From positions 3,162,001 to 3,226,000 of the forward strand of contig OZ218952.1 in the NCBI GenBank assembly GCA_965112735.1: a DNA stretch of 64,000 nt, written 5' to 3'. Positions 35,184-46,600 of this stretch are shown piece after piece; position 1 is the first letter of the stretch, and every line of letters starts with the position of its first letter. Made by a program: the position numbers and the translations under genes. The notes under the pieces were generated by a model that had not been told where the DNA came from, did not search any database, and saw nothing but the letters and a program-made list of their open reading frames with translations. This DNA comes from Phaeosaccion multiseriatum. Its lineage: Eukaryota; Protista; Ochrophyta, other classes.

Positions 35184-37415
35184 ATGGCAGCTCCATATGC
35201 CATCGATGCGGTGGCACGTGGTCACCTCGCTGCAGCAGCTGCAGTTCCGGGTGCAGCTGCCCCTCATCAGCCGCAGGGACTCAGCAATGGCCACCGCGGT
35301 CGCCCCTGCTCTCCTGGCAGTGAGCAGGGGGGGCTATTCGCTGCGACGGGAAAGGCGGAACGTTGCTACAAGGCTGCCTTAGTTGCCGCGCAGACGTCGG
35401 GGGACTTTCCAGCGGCATTGACGGCGGCGTACAGACTGGGTCTGCTGTCTCTCGCCTGTGCGACGAAATTGGGGGCGCCGGACGAAGGAGTGGGTGCTTC
35501 GCCGGAGAGCAGCCCTGGCCGAGAGCGCGGCACAGGAGGGGATGATGTGCAAGTAGAGCAGCGAAGCGGGCTGTTGGTGGACGGGGAGGATGGGCAGGCG
35601 AGACTGGGGAGGGAGGAGGAGGACGAGGAGGAGAGGACAGAGAGGGCTTTGGCGACGTCTTGCCGGTACCTGCAAGCAGCCTTGAACACCGGCCTGCTGC
35701 TCCTGGCCAGGGCGGAGGAGCAGGGAGGAGACAGCACACAGGCGCAAGGAGTGCTCGTTCGGATCTGCAAGGCTCTGGGCGTGGTGTTTGTGCGGCTTGG
35801 GCAGGAGGAGGAGGCCGGCAAGGTGGGCGCCATCGAGAGAGGCCTCGCCTATGAAGAGGGGAATGGCAGAGGATGGGGACAGGATGATGTGAGCTTAGAG
35901 AGAGAAAGGGGGGAGGTGGGGAAGGGTAGCGGAGTTGTTGGCGCAGGGCAGCGGCGACGAGTCAGGCGCAGGAAGAAGCCGAATAGGCAAGAGACTTCGG
36001 ATGGCGGGAGCAGTATCGGGGGACCTTCTCAAGGATACATGACTGCTCTCGGAGGTGCTGCTGAAGGGTCAACAGCGGCAGTGGAGGAGGGGGGGAGAGA
36101 GGAGAAGGAGGAGGACGAGGACGAGGAGGAGGAGGAGGAGGAGGTGCCGCACCAGCAGTGCGGGACATGCGGAAAGGAAGTGCAGGGAGACGGGGGGGGG
36201 CGAATGGAAGGGAACGGCGTTTGGTATTGCTTCGGCTGCATCGCGGAGTACGAGGAGAGCGTGGAGAGAGGGTGGGTCACGGATGCGACACAAGGCTGTG
36301 CCACTTGTGCGGACTGCTCGGTGCCCGTGAGGATGGAGGAGGACGGGGAGTGGTACTGCGAGGCGTGCATTGAGGAGTACAACGAGGAGGGCGTGGGGGG
36401 CGGAGAGGAGGAGGAGGGAGGCGAAGCAGGAGAGGTGGGCGGGGTGGGTGGCGTGGGAAAAGACTTGGTGGGGGCAGAAGGTAGACGGAGTGAAGCGGTG
36501 GAGAAAGGGGGCGGATGTGAGGAGACGAAAGGCGGCGGGGAGCGGCCGCAGGGGCCGGGCTGGGAGGAGGAGGAGGAGGGAGGAAAGGGAGCCCACCAAG
36601 CGGGGGCGAATGGTGTGAATAGCAGTAGAACAGACGTGCAGGTCAGGGTCAGCCTGCGAGGAGTGGTGCGGCATCTGCTTGCCAAGGACAAGGCGGGGGC
36701 CGAGAGGTCGTCTGGTGCGTCGAGGGCGACAGGCACCAGCAGCGGTGAAGTGCGGGTGGGGCTCTTACTAGCGGCGGGTGGTGCAGCGGGAGGTGGTACT
36801 AATCTTTCGCTTGGCGACGACAAGGACGCGGGAGTAGAGCTGAGTGACGTGTGCGGAGAGTTTCGCACCAAAATGACCCCCCTGGAGCAGCTTCCCAGGG
36901 CCCGAGAGCGACTGTTCGCCAGCCGCAGCAGCAGCAGCAACAGCAGCAGCGAGAGCAGATCACCGGCCGGCATGGAGTTGGAGCTCCCTGCCTTACAGGA
37001 TGGGGGCGAGCTCGGAACCAGCGGAACCACGAGAGGCGAAGGAGGGGGCAATAGCGCTGTCCCTGGAGTCCGAATGAGCGAGGGGGGAGGAGGAGAGAGC
37101 GATGCGAGAGTGGTCGGGTGGTATTGCGTGATGGAGGGCTGGGGCTCCAACCTACCGGCGCAGCTGATTCATCGGTACAGGCAGCTGGACCTCGACGAAC
37201 CAGCAGGTGGTGGTGGTGGTGGTGGTGGTAGTGGTGGTGGGGGGGGTGGCAGTGGAGCAGAGGATGGAAGCAAGGAGAACGGGCCTCTTCTCCCTTCCCC
37301 GCGGGACCTCCTTCTCGTCCTCGACGGGGGCGGAGTGGGCAAGGGTAGCGAGGGCATTGTCTTGTTCGACTTGAGGGCCAAGAACCGCGTTGTGAGACAC
37401 CTCCTCTGCAACTGA
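35184..37415 (+). CDS. Hypothetical protein: TPR-like helices, two CxxC...WYCxxC zinc ribbons and a C-terminal MPN-like domain
   Basis: Intronless 743-aa ORF; CGTC...WYCFGC and CADC...WYCEAC; VRVSL...EVRVGLLLA...VVGWY...LLLVLD...IVLFDL pattern. Confidence 0.7.
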   Translation: MAAPYAIDAVARGHLAAAAAVPGAAAPHQPQGLSNGHRGRPCSPGSEQGGLFAATGKAERCYKAALVAAQTSGDFPAALTAAYRLGLLSLACATKLGAPDEGVGASPESSPGRERGTGGDDVQVEQRSGLLVDGEDGQARLGREEEDEEERTERALATSCRYLQAALNTGLLLLARAEEQGGDSTQAQGVLVRICKALGVVFVRLGQEEEAGKVGAIERGLAYEEGNGRGWGQDDVSLERERGEVGKGSGVVGAGQRRRVRRRKKPNRQETSDGGSSIGGPSQGYMTALGGAAEGSTAAVEEGGREEKEEDEDEEEEEEEVPHQQCGTCGKEVQGDGGGRMEGNGVWYCFGCIAEYEESVERGWVTDATQGCATCADCSVPVRMEEDGEWYCEACIEEYNEEGVGGGEEEEGGEAGEVGGVGGVGKDLVGAEGRRSEAVEKGGGCEETKGGGERPQGPGWEEEEEGGKGAHQAGANGVNSSRTDVQVRVSLRGVVRHLLAKDKAGAERSSGASRATGTSSGEVRVGLLLAAGGAAGGGTNLSLGDDKDAGVELSDVCGEFRTKMTPLEQLPRARERLFASRSSSSNSSSESRSPAGMELELPALQDGGELGTSGTTRGEGGGNSAVPGVRMSEGGGGESDARVVGWYCVMEGWGSNLPAQLIHRYRQLDLDEPAGGGGGGGGSGGGGGGSGAEDGSKENGPLLPSPRDLLLVLDGGGVGKGSEGIVLFDLRAKNRVVRHLLCN

Positions 37416-37675
37416 TGACTTGGTGGGCGGCGTATCACTGGTCAGAGAGCTGAGGCTGGGAGAGGCATAGAGAGGAGAGCCGGTCTGTGCAAAAAAAACA
37501 AAAAAACAAAAAAAACAAAACTGAAACTGAAACTGAAAGACTCACAGATGGCACGGACGGTTGATTTTTCTCTTTGTTTCCAACCGTGTCCTTGTCCTGG
37601 GCCAAGGAGTGTCTTTGAGGGAGCTCTCAAGGACGGTTGCGTAGGGAGGGGGGGGGGAGGATACAGAGGAGAGCC

Positions 37676-40600
37676 ATGGGAAGAATGCGTCGCATCAAGT
37701 GGAGCACATGGGATGTGCTGGTGTGCTCCCTCTTCTTCATCGTCCGTCATAGCGCCGCTCTGTCTGGCATTTGCACGAACGAAACGATACAAGACACGCC
37801 AGGTGCTTTCCAGACGGTGTGGGTCATTGCGCTTCAATCCAGCTCCGAAAGGCATTGCAAAGAAAAACAGCTATACAGAGTCAATCCCTTGTCTGTCCTG
37901 TTTTTCATAGCCCCCAGCCAGGGCATGCCCTGTAGACTCACCCCTCTCTCTCGATCCCCTCACACTCCCCTTGTACCTCCGTCCCTCTCGCCCCCCCCCC
38001 CCCCGCCTCGTCAGGGGCGTGGGTGGAGGAAATCTCGAGTCCCGTGGCTCAGCAGGCCCATGTGGCGGGGGTGGTATCTTACTGGGGAAAGGACCGCTTG
38101 GTGGTCTTTGGAGGGGCCTCGGAGAGGTAGGTGTCGGTGTATCACACGCTGTGTGTGTGGGTGGATGGGCCTGCCACATGGTTGACTCCCTATCGCTCTT
38201 TGCATGTCTACCTCCAGAAGCCTTCTTGATCCGAATATGCCCCCCCCCCCCCCCCTCCTCCTCCTTCTTCTCCCTAATGTTGATGACTCGCAACCCCCCC
38301 CCTGTTCACCGTGCCCTGCCTTGCCTTCCCTTCCCAGGAGCGACGATGTGAGCGACATCGCGCCAGACCAGTCAACCGTACGCCTCTTCACGCCCTCCAA
38401 CTCCTCCTCTTGGCCGGCCTCCCCACCGCACGATCCGTACGACGCCTCCGGACCTAACGCCACGGACACCAATGGCACTTGGACCACCCTCCCCATGCTC
38501 TCCTTCCCCTCTACCACCTCGTCGTCTTCACTGCCCGACTGCCCCCCCCCTGCCCTCTTCAAGGCGGCATCCTTTGTGCACAACAACTCCCTCTTTATCA
38601 TGGGGGGGCATACAGCGGTCAGCAAGGACGTGAGCAGCGAGGTGTGGAGGGCCGATGTGCACGCCTTTGGGGGCTCCAAGTCGGGGCAGTGGAGGGGCGT
38701 GGATGTTAGCGTTGGGCCGGGCCAGGGAGACGAGGCCCAGGTGCCTTCAGGCAGGTACGTTGCGCACTTCCTCTTCCACTGCCATGCCCGGCTCCCCCCC
38801 CTGGGTGCGGCACTCGGGCCTGCTGCTCGTTGCTCGCTGCTTTGTCTGCTTCTCTGAAGCTGCTGCCCCACACACCGTGCTGCTCTCTCAAGAACTCAAC
38901 TTTGCAAGTTGGGCGTCTGCCGAGCGAACGGGGTAGAGGGCGCCACTCTGTTTTGTCGCGGTCGCGAGCTGAGCTCGGGAAGCACCTCATCACACCACAC
39001 CACCCCACACCACTCCCTCGTATCTCTCGACCAGCCCTCCCACCCACTCACACACTCGCATCTCGTTCCTTCCTTCCTTCCTTCCCTCCTTCCCCTCTGC
39101 CTCTCTCCCTCTCTCTCTCCCTCCACCGCCGTGAAACCAAACGCACACAGATACGGACACACGGCGACTCTCCTCGAGCCTTCCTCGGGCTCCAGCGCCA
39201 CGGCCTATGTGCTTCTCTTCGGCGGCATGGATGGGGGGCAGGGCCTCGTCGAGGACCAGGCCTACATGCTCTCCCTCTCGGACTCGGTGGGGGACCTCCT
39301 TTTCTGTAACGCCACGTACCTCTCCAACTTTAACTCCAGACTGACCTACCCCGACAACGAAACGGCCTCCTCCGACTGCGCAGACTACGCCAGCGTGAGA
39401 GAGAGAGACACCGTGGGCGTGTGGTGGAACCTCACCACCACTTCTTCTTCTCCGTCTGCCCGAGCCTACCACACGGCCGCCTCGCTGCCCACGGACGGTC
39501 AGGGAAACACATCCTGTGCATACCTCTTCGGCGGTTGGAATTACCTCACCAGCTCCATCCTGGGGGACCTTTGGAGACTCTGTCCCCGGGGGGGGAGCGC
39601 CGCTCTCTCCTCTTCCTCTTCGGAGGACAGCCTCTCTATCGACTTTGAGTGGACCCAACTCTCAGGCTCAGATTCCGACGGCGACGGAACGGTCACTCCC
39701 CGTATTCGCTACGGAGCAGCCCTTCTGGCCGGGGGGGGGCTGGTGACCGCAAATGGCGACGGCGGCAATACTCCTGTCGGCTTATATCATCTATTGCTGT
39801 GGGGCGGCTCGGGAAAGTTCCCCTACTCCTACCTCGACGACCCGTACCTCTTCGACGCGCGCCTTGGGGTGTGGACGGCGGTGGCGGACTCGTTCTCCAC
39901 ACCCTTCTCCTCCTCCTCCTCCTCCTCCTCCTCCTTCTCTTCCTCTACCGTCGTTGACCCGGGGCCTCGCCGGGACCACTCTATGTCTGTGGTGGGGGGC
40001 CTTCTGTACGTGCTGGGCGGCATCGACAGCTCCTCCCTCGTCCCGCTCAACTCTCTGCACTCCCTCAACTTCTCCGCCCCCGCCTGCGGAGCGGGGTACG
40101 CCGCCGTGCTGTGTAGTGGCGACATCAGCAGTGACCTCATCGGCTGCGAGGAGTGCCCCGAGGGGGGCTTCTCGCTGGAGGCCTCCTACGAGTGTGACAT
40201 GGTGCGCGAGTGGTGTGTGCATATATGTGCGTGCCTGCGTGCGTGCGTGCGTGTATAATTGTCTTTGTGTTTTACCGTCTCCCCTCCTTCACCCCCTCCC
40301 CCCCCACCCTTCTTCTCCTCCTTCAGTGCACAAGCGGGTCCTTCCAAGCCCTGCCCGCCTCCTCCAACTGCACTCTCTGCTCCGCGGGTACATACGGCCT
40401 CGGCCCCGGCTTCTCCTCCGAAGAGAGCGCCTGTCGAGACTGCCCGGGGGGCTCCTCCTCTGCTGACGAGGGGGCCTCGTCCTCCTCCGACTGCGTCGTG
40501 TGCCAGGCAGGAACCTATTCTGCGGACGGGGCGACGGAGTGCTCCCCCTGCCCGGCGGGGTCGAGCAGCGAGGCGAACTCAACGGCGTGTTCCAGTTGCG

Positions 40601-43600
40601 GACCGGGTACATTCTCTGTGGATTCCTTCTGCGAGGACTGTCCGCAGGGGACCTTCTCTTCTCTGGTGAGGGAGGGAGAGAGGGAGGGAGGGAGGGAGGG
40701 GGGGGTCGCTGCTTGGGATTTGCTCAGCTCGGAAAGCGCTTTACTTTTGTGTTGCCTTGCTTCGCTGTGCCACTCACTGCCTTCTCACTCTCTCTCTCTC
40801 GCTCTGCCTCCTCTCTCTCACACACACGTATCTCTCGGTCTCTCAGTCCCTCCCTCTCTCTATCTCCTCCTTCTCTCTCACTCTCTCGCTCTCGTCCTTT
40901 GTCTAGCCACGTGTCTCTTCTCTCACACACTGTCTTCTCCATGTTTCTCTCCATCTTCCCCGCCCCCCCTTCCCCCTTGCCCCAACCTCCTTCCCCTCCC
41001 CCAGGGCGGCGCCTCTTCCTGCCTGTCCTGCCCGCGCGGTTTCTTCAGTGAAGAAGGCGCTTCCTCGTGCCAGCCCTGCATGAACGGCACCTTTTCTACC
41101 CACGGGGCCGGTCAATGCACCGAGTGCCCCCCGGGGTCCTTCTCCGACGGCCTGGGACGCGCTTATTGCACTGCTTGTCCAGCAGGCACGGCTTCTGATC
41201 AAGGTGAGCTGCGCAGGAAGGGAGCGGGAATTCCGGGGGTGGGTGGGTGGGTGGGTGAGAACTGTTTGCTCTGCTCTTCTTTGCTTTCTTACACATGCAT
41301 GTAGAGACTTTACTGGCAGGAGGCGTCTGTTCTACCCACTTGTGTTCCCCTTTCCTATCTCCTACAATGCCCCTGCTGCTGCCGTCCCCGCCGCTGCTGA
41401 TGATGCCACGTCTGTTTTGAACAATTGAATGCTCATCGCCTCCATGCCATGCGATGTTCCTGCCTCGCTGTATGTCTCTAACCTCTTCATCTCTCTGTGT
41501 GCCAGACTCCGCTGCGAGCAGGACGGCGTGCTTGGCGTGTGGGGCGGGCAACTTCTCCCTCGCAGGGGCCTCTGCCTGCGCCCCTTGCCCCATAGGCTTC
41601 TACGATAGTGACAACAGCACCACCACCATTGCATGGGACTGGGGTGGGCCCAGCAGTTGGTGGTACAGCAGCAATGTCACAGACTTGTGCTCCCCCTGCC
41701 CCTTGCACCACTTCGGAGCCTCCTCAGAGGGCCCCTCGGGTCTGACGTCATCCCTCGAGTGTGTGGCGTGTCCCCCGGGGACGTACACGGAGTCCACAGG
41801 CTCCTCGGATGCCTCCGACTGCTTGGCGTGCCCCCCTGGGACCTCCTCCTCCGCATCCGCGGGGCAGGGCTGCGCGTCCTGTATGCGAGGCACGTACACT
41901 GACACATACGCCGCCGCCCAGAATGAGAGCTGCTTGGACTGCGCGGAGGGGAGCTTCGCCTTGGAGAGGGGCTCCTCGGCCTGCGAGTCTTGCCCGTCCT
42001 CCTCCACCTCCACCTCCTCCTCCTCCTCCTCCTCCTCCTCCTCCTCGACAACAACAACAACGTCGACTTCCTCTTCCTTATCCAGCATCGGGAGCTTTGC
42101 CTACAACCGCCACAGCAGTTGTGTGGACTGCAGCTACAACGCGTCCTGTCCCTTGGGCCCCAACGGCCTGCCGTGCTCGGGCCAGGGCACTTGCGACCTC
42201 GCCATCTGTGAGTGTGCGGGGTCCTTCAACGGCGTGGACTGCAGCGGAGGCTCCTGCACAGATGGCGGCGACCAAGACGAAGACCCAACGCGCTGTGGAG
42301 GCGTGTTTGGCTTCTCCCTCGCCTCCCACTTCGTCTCTGGCAGGGAAGCCCAAGCCCCAGCGGCATCTTCTTCATTCAATCTTACCATCGAGCGTTTCGT
42401 CGGGTATGACGGTTACGTGGAGGTTTCCGTGGACGTCATGGTGGGCGGCACCAACGCGACTGCCGGTGTCGACTACCTTCACGAGACGTCGGCTCCTGCC
42501 ACCTGGCCTCTCGTAGTGATATTCGAGGATGGGCAGCAGACGGCGAATGTCAGCGCGCCGGTGATCGACAATGCAGTGCAGGAGCAGGGCTGCAGGGTGG
42601 TGCTGCTTAACATCACGTCTGTCAACGGGTGAGTGAGTATGGGAGGGAGGAGGAGAGGGAGGGAGAAGGATGGTTTGATTCCCACTAGTCTCCTCCGCGC
42701 CAACTCGGAAGAAGGAGGGAGAGAAAGACAGAGAAGCAAAGCTCTCCCATCTATTTTCATTCTCCTTGTGCCTTTGACCGGACCAATCCCTTCTATGCGA
42801 GAGGCCAAACCCGTCCTCCTCTGTCCTCTCCCACCCGCCCTATCACTCAAGCGCCCCACCGTGTACTGAACTGCCCCACCCTCCCCCCTCCGTGTTGCTA
42901 AGCACCGGAGCCTCAGTGGTGAGCAACATGGACAACATTCGCGACTTGTCCTCCTCCGCCACGGTCGCCATCAGTGAGGACGACTTCGCCCCGAGAGTGC
43001 TCAGCTCTGTCGCCGAGGATACGTCGGGTAAGAAGGGCAGGGGCGGAGGGGCGGGGGGTAACGGAGGGAACGGAGGAAGCATGAGTTTGTTTGCTGATAG
43101 CATCTCCTCCTCTCCCTGCTGCTACCACTCTCTCCCTCCTCCTCCTCCTCCTCCTCCTCCTCCTCCTCCTCCTCCTCCTCCTCCTCCTCCTCCTCCTCCT
43201 CCTCCTCCTCCTCCTCCTCCTCCTCCTCCTCCTCCTCCTCCTCCTCCTCCTCCTCCTCCTCCTCCTCCTCCTCCTTCTCCTCCTCCTCCTCCTCCTCCTC
43301 CTCCTCCTCCTCCTCCTCCTCCTCCTCCTGATCCTCCTCCTCTTCGATACAAACACCCCCTCGCCTCTCTCTACCCCAAACTCCAAACACGCGCGCACCC
43401 ACGCACAGAGGGAGGCCTGTCACTATCCCGTGCGACAGTCCTCCTCGGAGCCAACACCCAATCTCCCTCATCCTCGCTCAACGCGTCTCTGCTGCTGAGT
43501 GTAACGGTTCCCGCCAATATGAGTTCCAGTGTGCTGGGCGCGAGGTCGCGTCTGGAGGTGGGACTGGCGCTGGAGCTGGAGGACGGCCAGCTTGAGCACT

Positions 43601-46600
43601 GGGGAAGGCTCAGGGACCTCCTGCCTGGTGAGTGGGAGGGATGGGAGAGGGGGTCGTCTTGTTATCATCCCTTCCCCCCCAAACCCCCCGTCCCTTCCTC
43701 CTCCACCACCACCAGCCTCCCCCCCAATCACTCAATCCCTCCGTCCATCCGTCCATCCGTCCATCCGTCCCTCCCTCCCTCCCTCCCTCCCTCCCTCCCT
43801 CCCTCCCTCCCTCCCTCCCTCCCTCCCTCCCTCCCTCCCTCCCTCCCTCCCTCCCTCCCTCCCTCCCTCCCTCCCTCCCTCCCTCCCTCCCTCCCTCCCT
43901 CCCTCCCTCCCTCCCTCCCTCCCTCCCTCCCTCCCTCCCTCCCTCCCTCCCTCCCTCCGTCCCTCCCTCCCTCCCTCCCTCCCTCTCTCCTTCCTTCCTT
44001 CCATCCCTCCCTCCCCACCCATGAACTTATCGTGTCACATGACAGGCATCTTCGCGGAGTGGGAGACGGACTACGCGTACCCCACCCTCGGTGTGGCAGC
44101 GTTCTTGGCAGACGCCTCTGAGATCGACGGTTTCGAGTACCCCTCCACCAGCTACAGTTACAGCGAGGGGGGCTATGGCGAGTACCAACAAGAGTACAGC
44201 CACACCTTCGCCTCCTCCGGGGGGGTGGAGGTCGTTGCTGGTGCTGCTTCCTTCGCCCTGATGGACTCTTCGGACAGCAGCAGTTCGTGGTACAGCAGCA
44301 CCAGTTGGTCCTCCAGCGCGATGAGCAGCACGAGCAGCAATAGCACGACTCTCCACGACGCTACACTGGCGCTTGATGCCATCATTGCCGCCGTGGGGAG
44401 GGGCAGCGACGAAACCGCCGGTACCTTGGTCACCTCCGGCGGCGGCCAGCTCAACGCCCTGACCTCGTTGGGGGCGGCGCAATTCACTCACAGCGTGTCT
44501 GGCCAGGCGCAGTCCCTTTGGAGCGGGAGCGCTGCGGAGGAGGCGGAGGAGGCTGAGGAGGAAGGAGAGGAAGGGGAGAGCGGAGGGGTGTGGAGGGTGC
44601 TCCTTGTACTCACGGGAGGCACGTCTTTTCTCGACCCCTTTCTCAACAGCACATTCAGCAGCAGCAGCAGTGAGTCCCTGAGTGCGTCCCTTGCCCTCGC
44701 TGCTGCCAACATCAGTGCAGCGGCGGCGGCTCTGGAAGCGCAGGCGGTGAGCCCCCTCTTCGTGCTCACCAACAGCTCCCAGTTGGAGGCATACGAGGCG
44801 CTGGTGGAGGCCCTGGGCTTCGGTGTGGCGGTGAGCATTGACGAGTCTCTGGCTCTCTCCTCCAACTTCAACTCAAACTATTTGGCGCAGGCCGTGAGGG
44901 AGGGCCTGCAATTGCTCAGCCGACAGGTGCGTGTTTGTTTGTGTGTGCGTGTGCGTGCCACGTTGAGTCTCAGTTTTGGTTGATTCGCACGTATCGTACG
45001 TGTGCCTTCCCTAAAGGTAACGGTGTACTTCAACCCCTCTCCTTTCTACGGCCTTGTACCCCTTCCCTTCATGTCACTGCTCTCTCTCTCTCTCTCTCTC
45101 CCTCTGTCTCTCTCTCTCTTAGGTGTCCCTCCATGTGGTGTCGGACGGCGGCGGAGTAGTCGCCAACATCAACCCTCCGGTGTACCACAATGTCACCCCC
45201 GGCACGTCCGTCCAGTTCAGCGTCAACTTCACCTCCCCTGTCACCGCCCTACAGCAGGTGGAGGAGGAGGAGGTCGGCTTGGACACGTTTTCAGCGGGGG
45301 TGACGCTCCAGTTCCAGGGCTTTCAGGGGCTGCTGACGGCCGTGACGGCGGAAACCACGTGCAGCAGTTCCGGAGGGGAGGCGGAGGCCTCGGGAGGCGC
45401 GGCGCTGGCCCTCCTCGACGCAGAGAGGTGCGTGTGCTCTCTTGCTCTCTCTTCTCTTTCTGTGTCGGTCGGTCTCCTCTGAGTCTCTCTCTCTTTGCTC
45501 TCTTTCAATGTCGCTCTCCTCTCTCTTTCTGTGTCGCTCTCGTCCCCCCTCTACCCCTCTGCAGACTGGGCTTCGTGCAAGGCTTTTACCTCGACGAAGA
45601 GAGCTTGTGGCACCGCACCTCCACAGAGGGTCGCCTCGTACCCATCGCCGCGGAGGGGGAAGATGATGACGATGAAAATCATGTGTATCTACGGGGCGGG
45701 ATGGCGGGGCCCTTCGGAGTAGAGGCCGTGGTGCTTGACACGAGGCGGGGAGGTGCGGAGGTGGAGGCCTCGTACAACTTCACAGTCTCCTTCGACAGCG
45801 CCATGCCTCTGGTACGTGATCTGAGGAAGAGAGGGGGGGGGGAGAGGGAGGGGGAGGGAGAGAGGGAGTGAGGGAGTGAGACAGTGAGTGAGGGAGTGAG
45901 AGAGTGAGTGAGTCTCTCTCTCTCATCTATTCCTCCCCTACTTCATTTCATCTCTCTCACCTGCCCCCCCCTCTCTGTGTGTGTAGCTCCTCAAGGCGTA
46001 CGCCAACGTGGAGGAAGGAGAGGCATCCCCCTGCAGTGTGGAGCTCTTTCTGCAGCTCACGGACGGAAGCTCGGAAACACTCACCCTCCAGGTATATAGT
46101 GAAAATGCCCGTATGCTTGCCTGCCCATACCCATATGCCTCTCACTTCACTCCCTGCCTTCCTGGAAACCCTCACCCCCCAGTGGAGCGCAACGGACGCC
46201 GTCTCCGGACAGTCTAGCTGGCAGCAACAACACGCCGTCTGGTACGGCATCAATGTGGTTGAGCGGGGCACCATCCGAGTAAAGGGTATGTGTTCATTGC
46301 CTATCGCTCTCTTAGCCCTCTCCTTCTCTCTTTCCCTGTCTCGCTCTCTCTCTGTCTTTGTCTGTCTTCCTTGCCTCTCTATTCTCTCTCCCTCTCATCT
46401 CCACTCTCTGCTCTGCCCTGCCCTGCCCTGCCCTGCCCTGCCCTGTCCTCCCCTCCTCTGCCCATATACCTCTACTCCTCTCTACTCTACCTTCGTTGGT
46501 CGCCCCAGGCCCCGCTCTGTGGGCAGGTATCGGCCTGTCCGCACACCCCGTCCCTGCTTGCTCTTGCTCTGTGGGGTACTATTTGAACATCTTCACCGGC

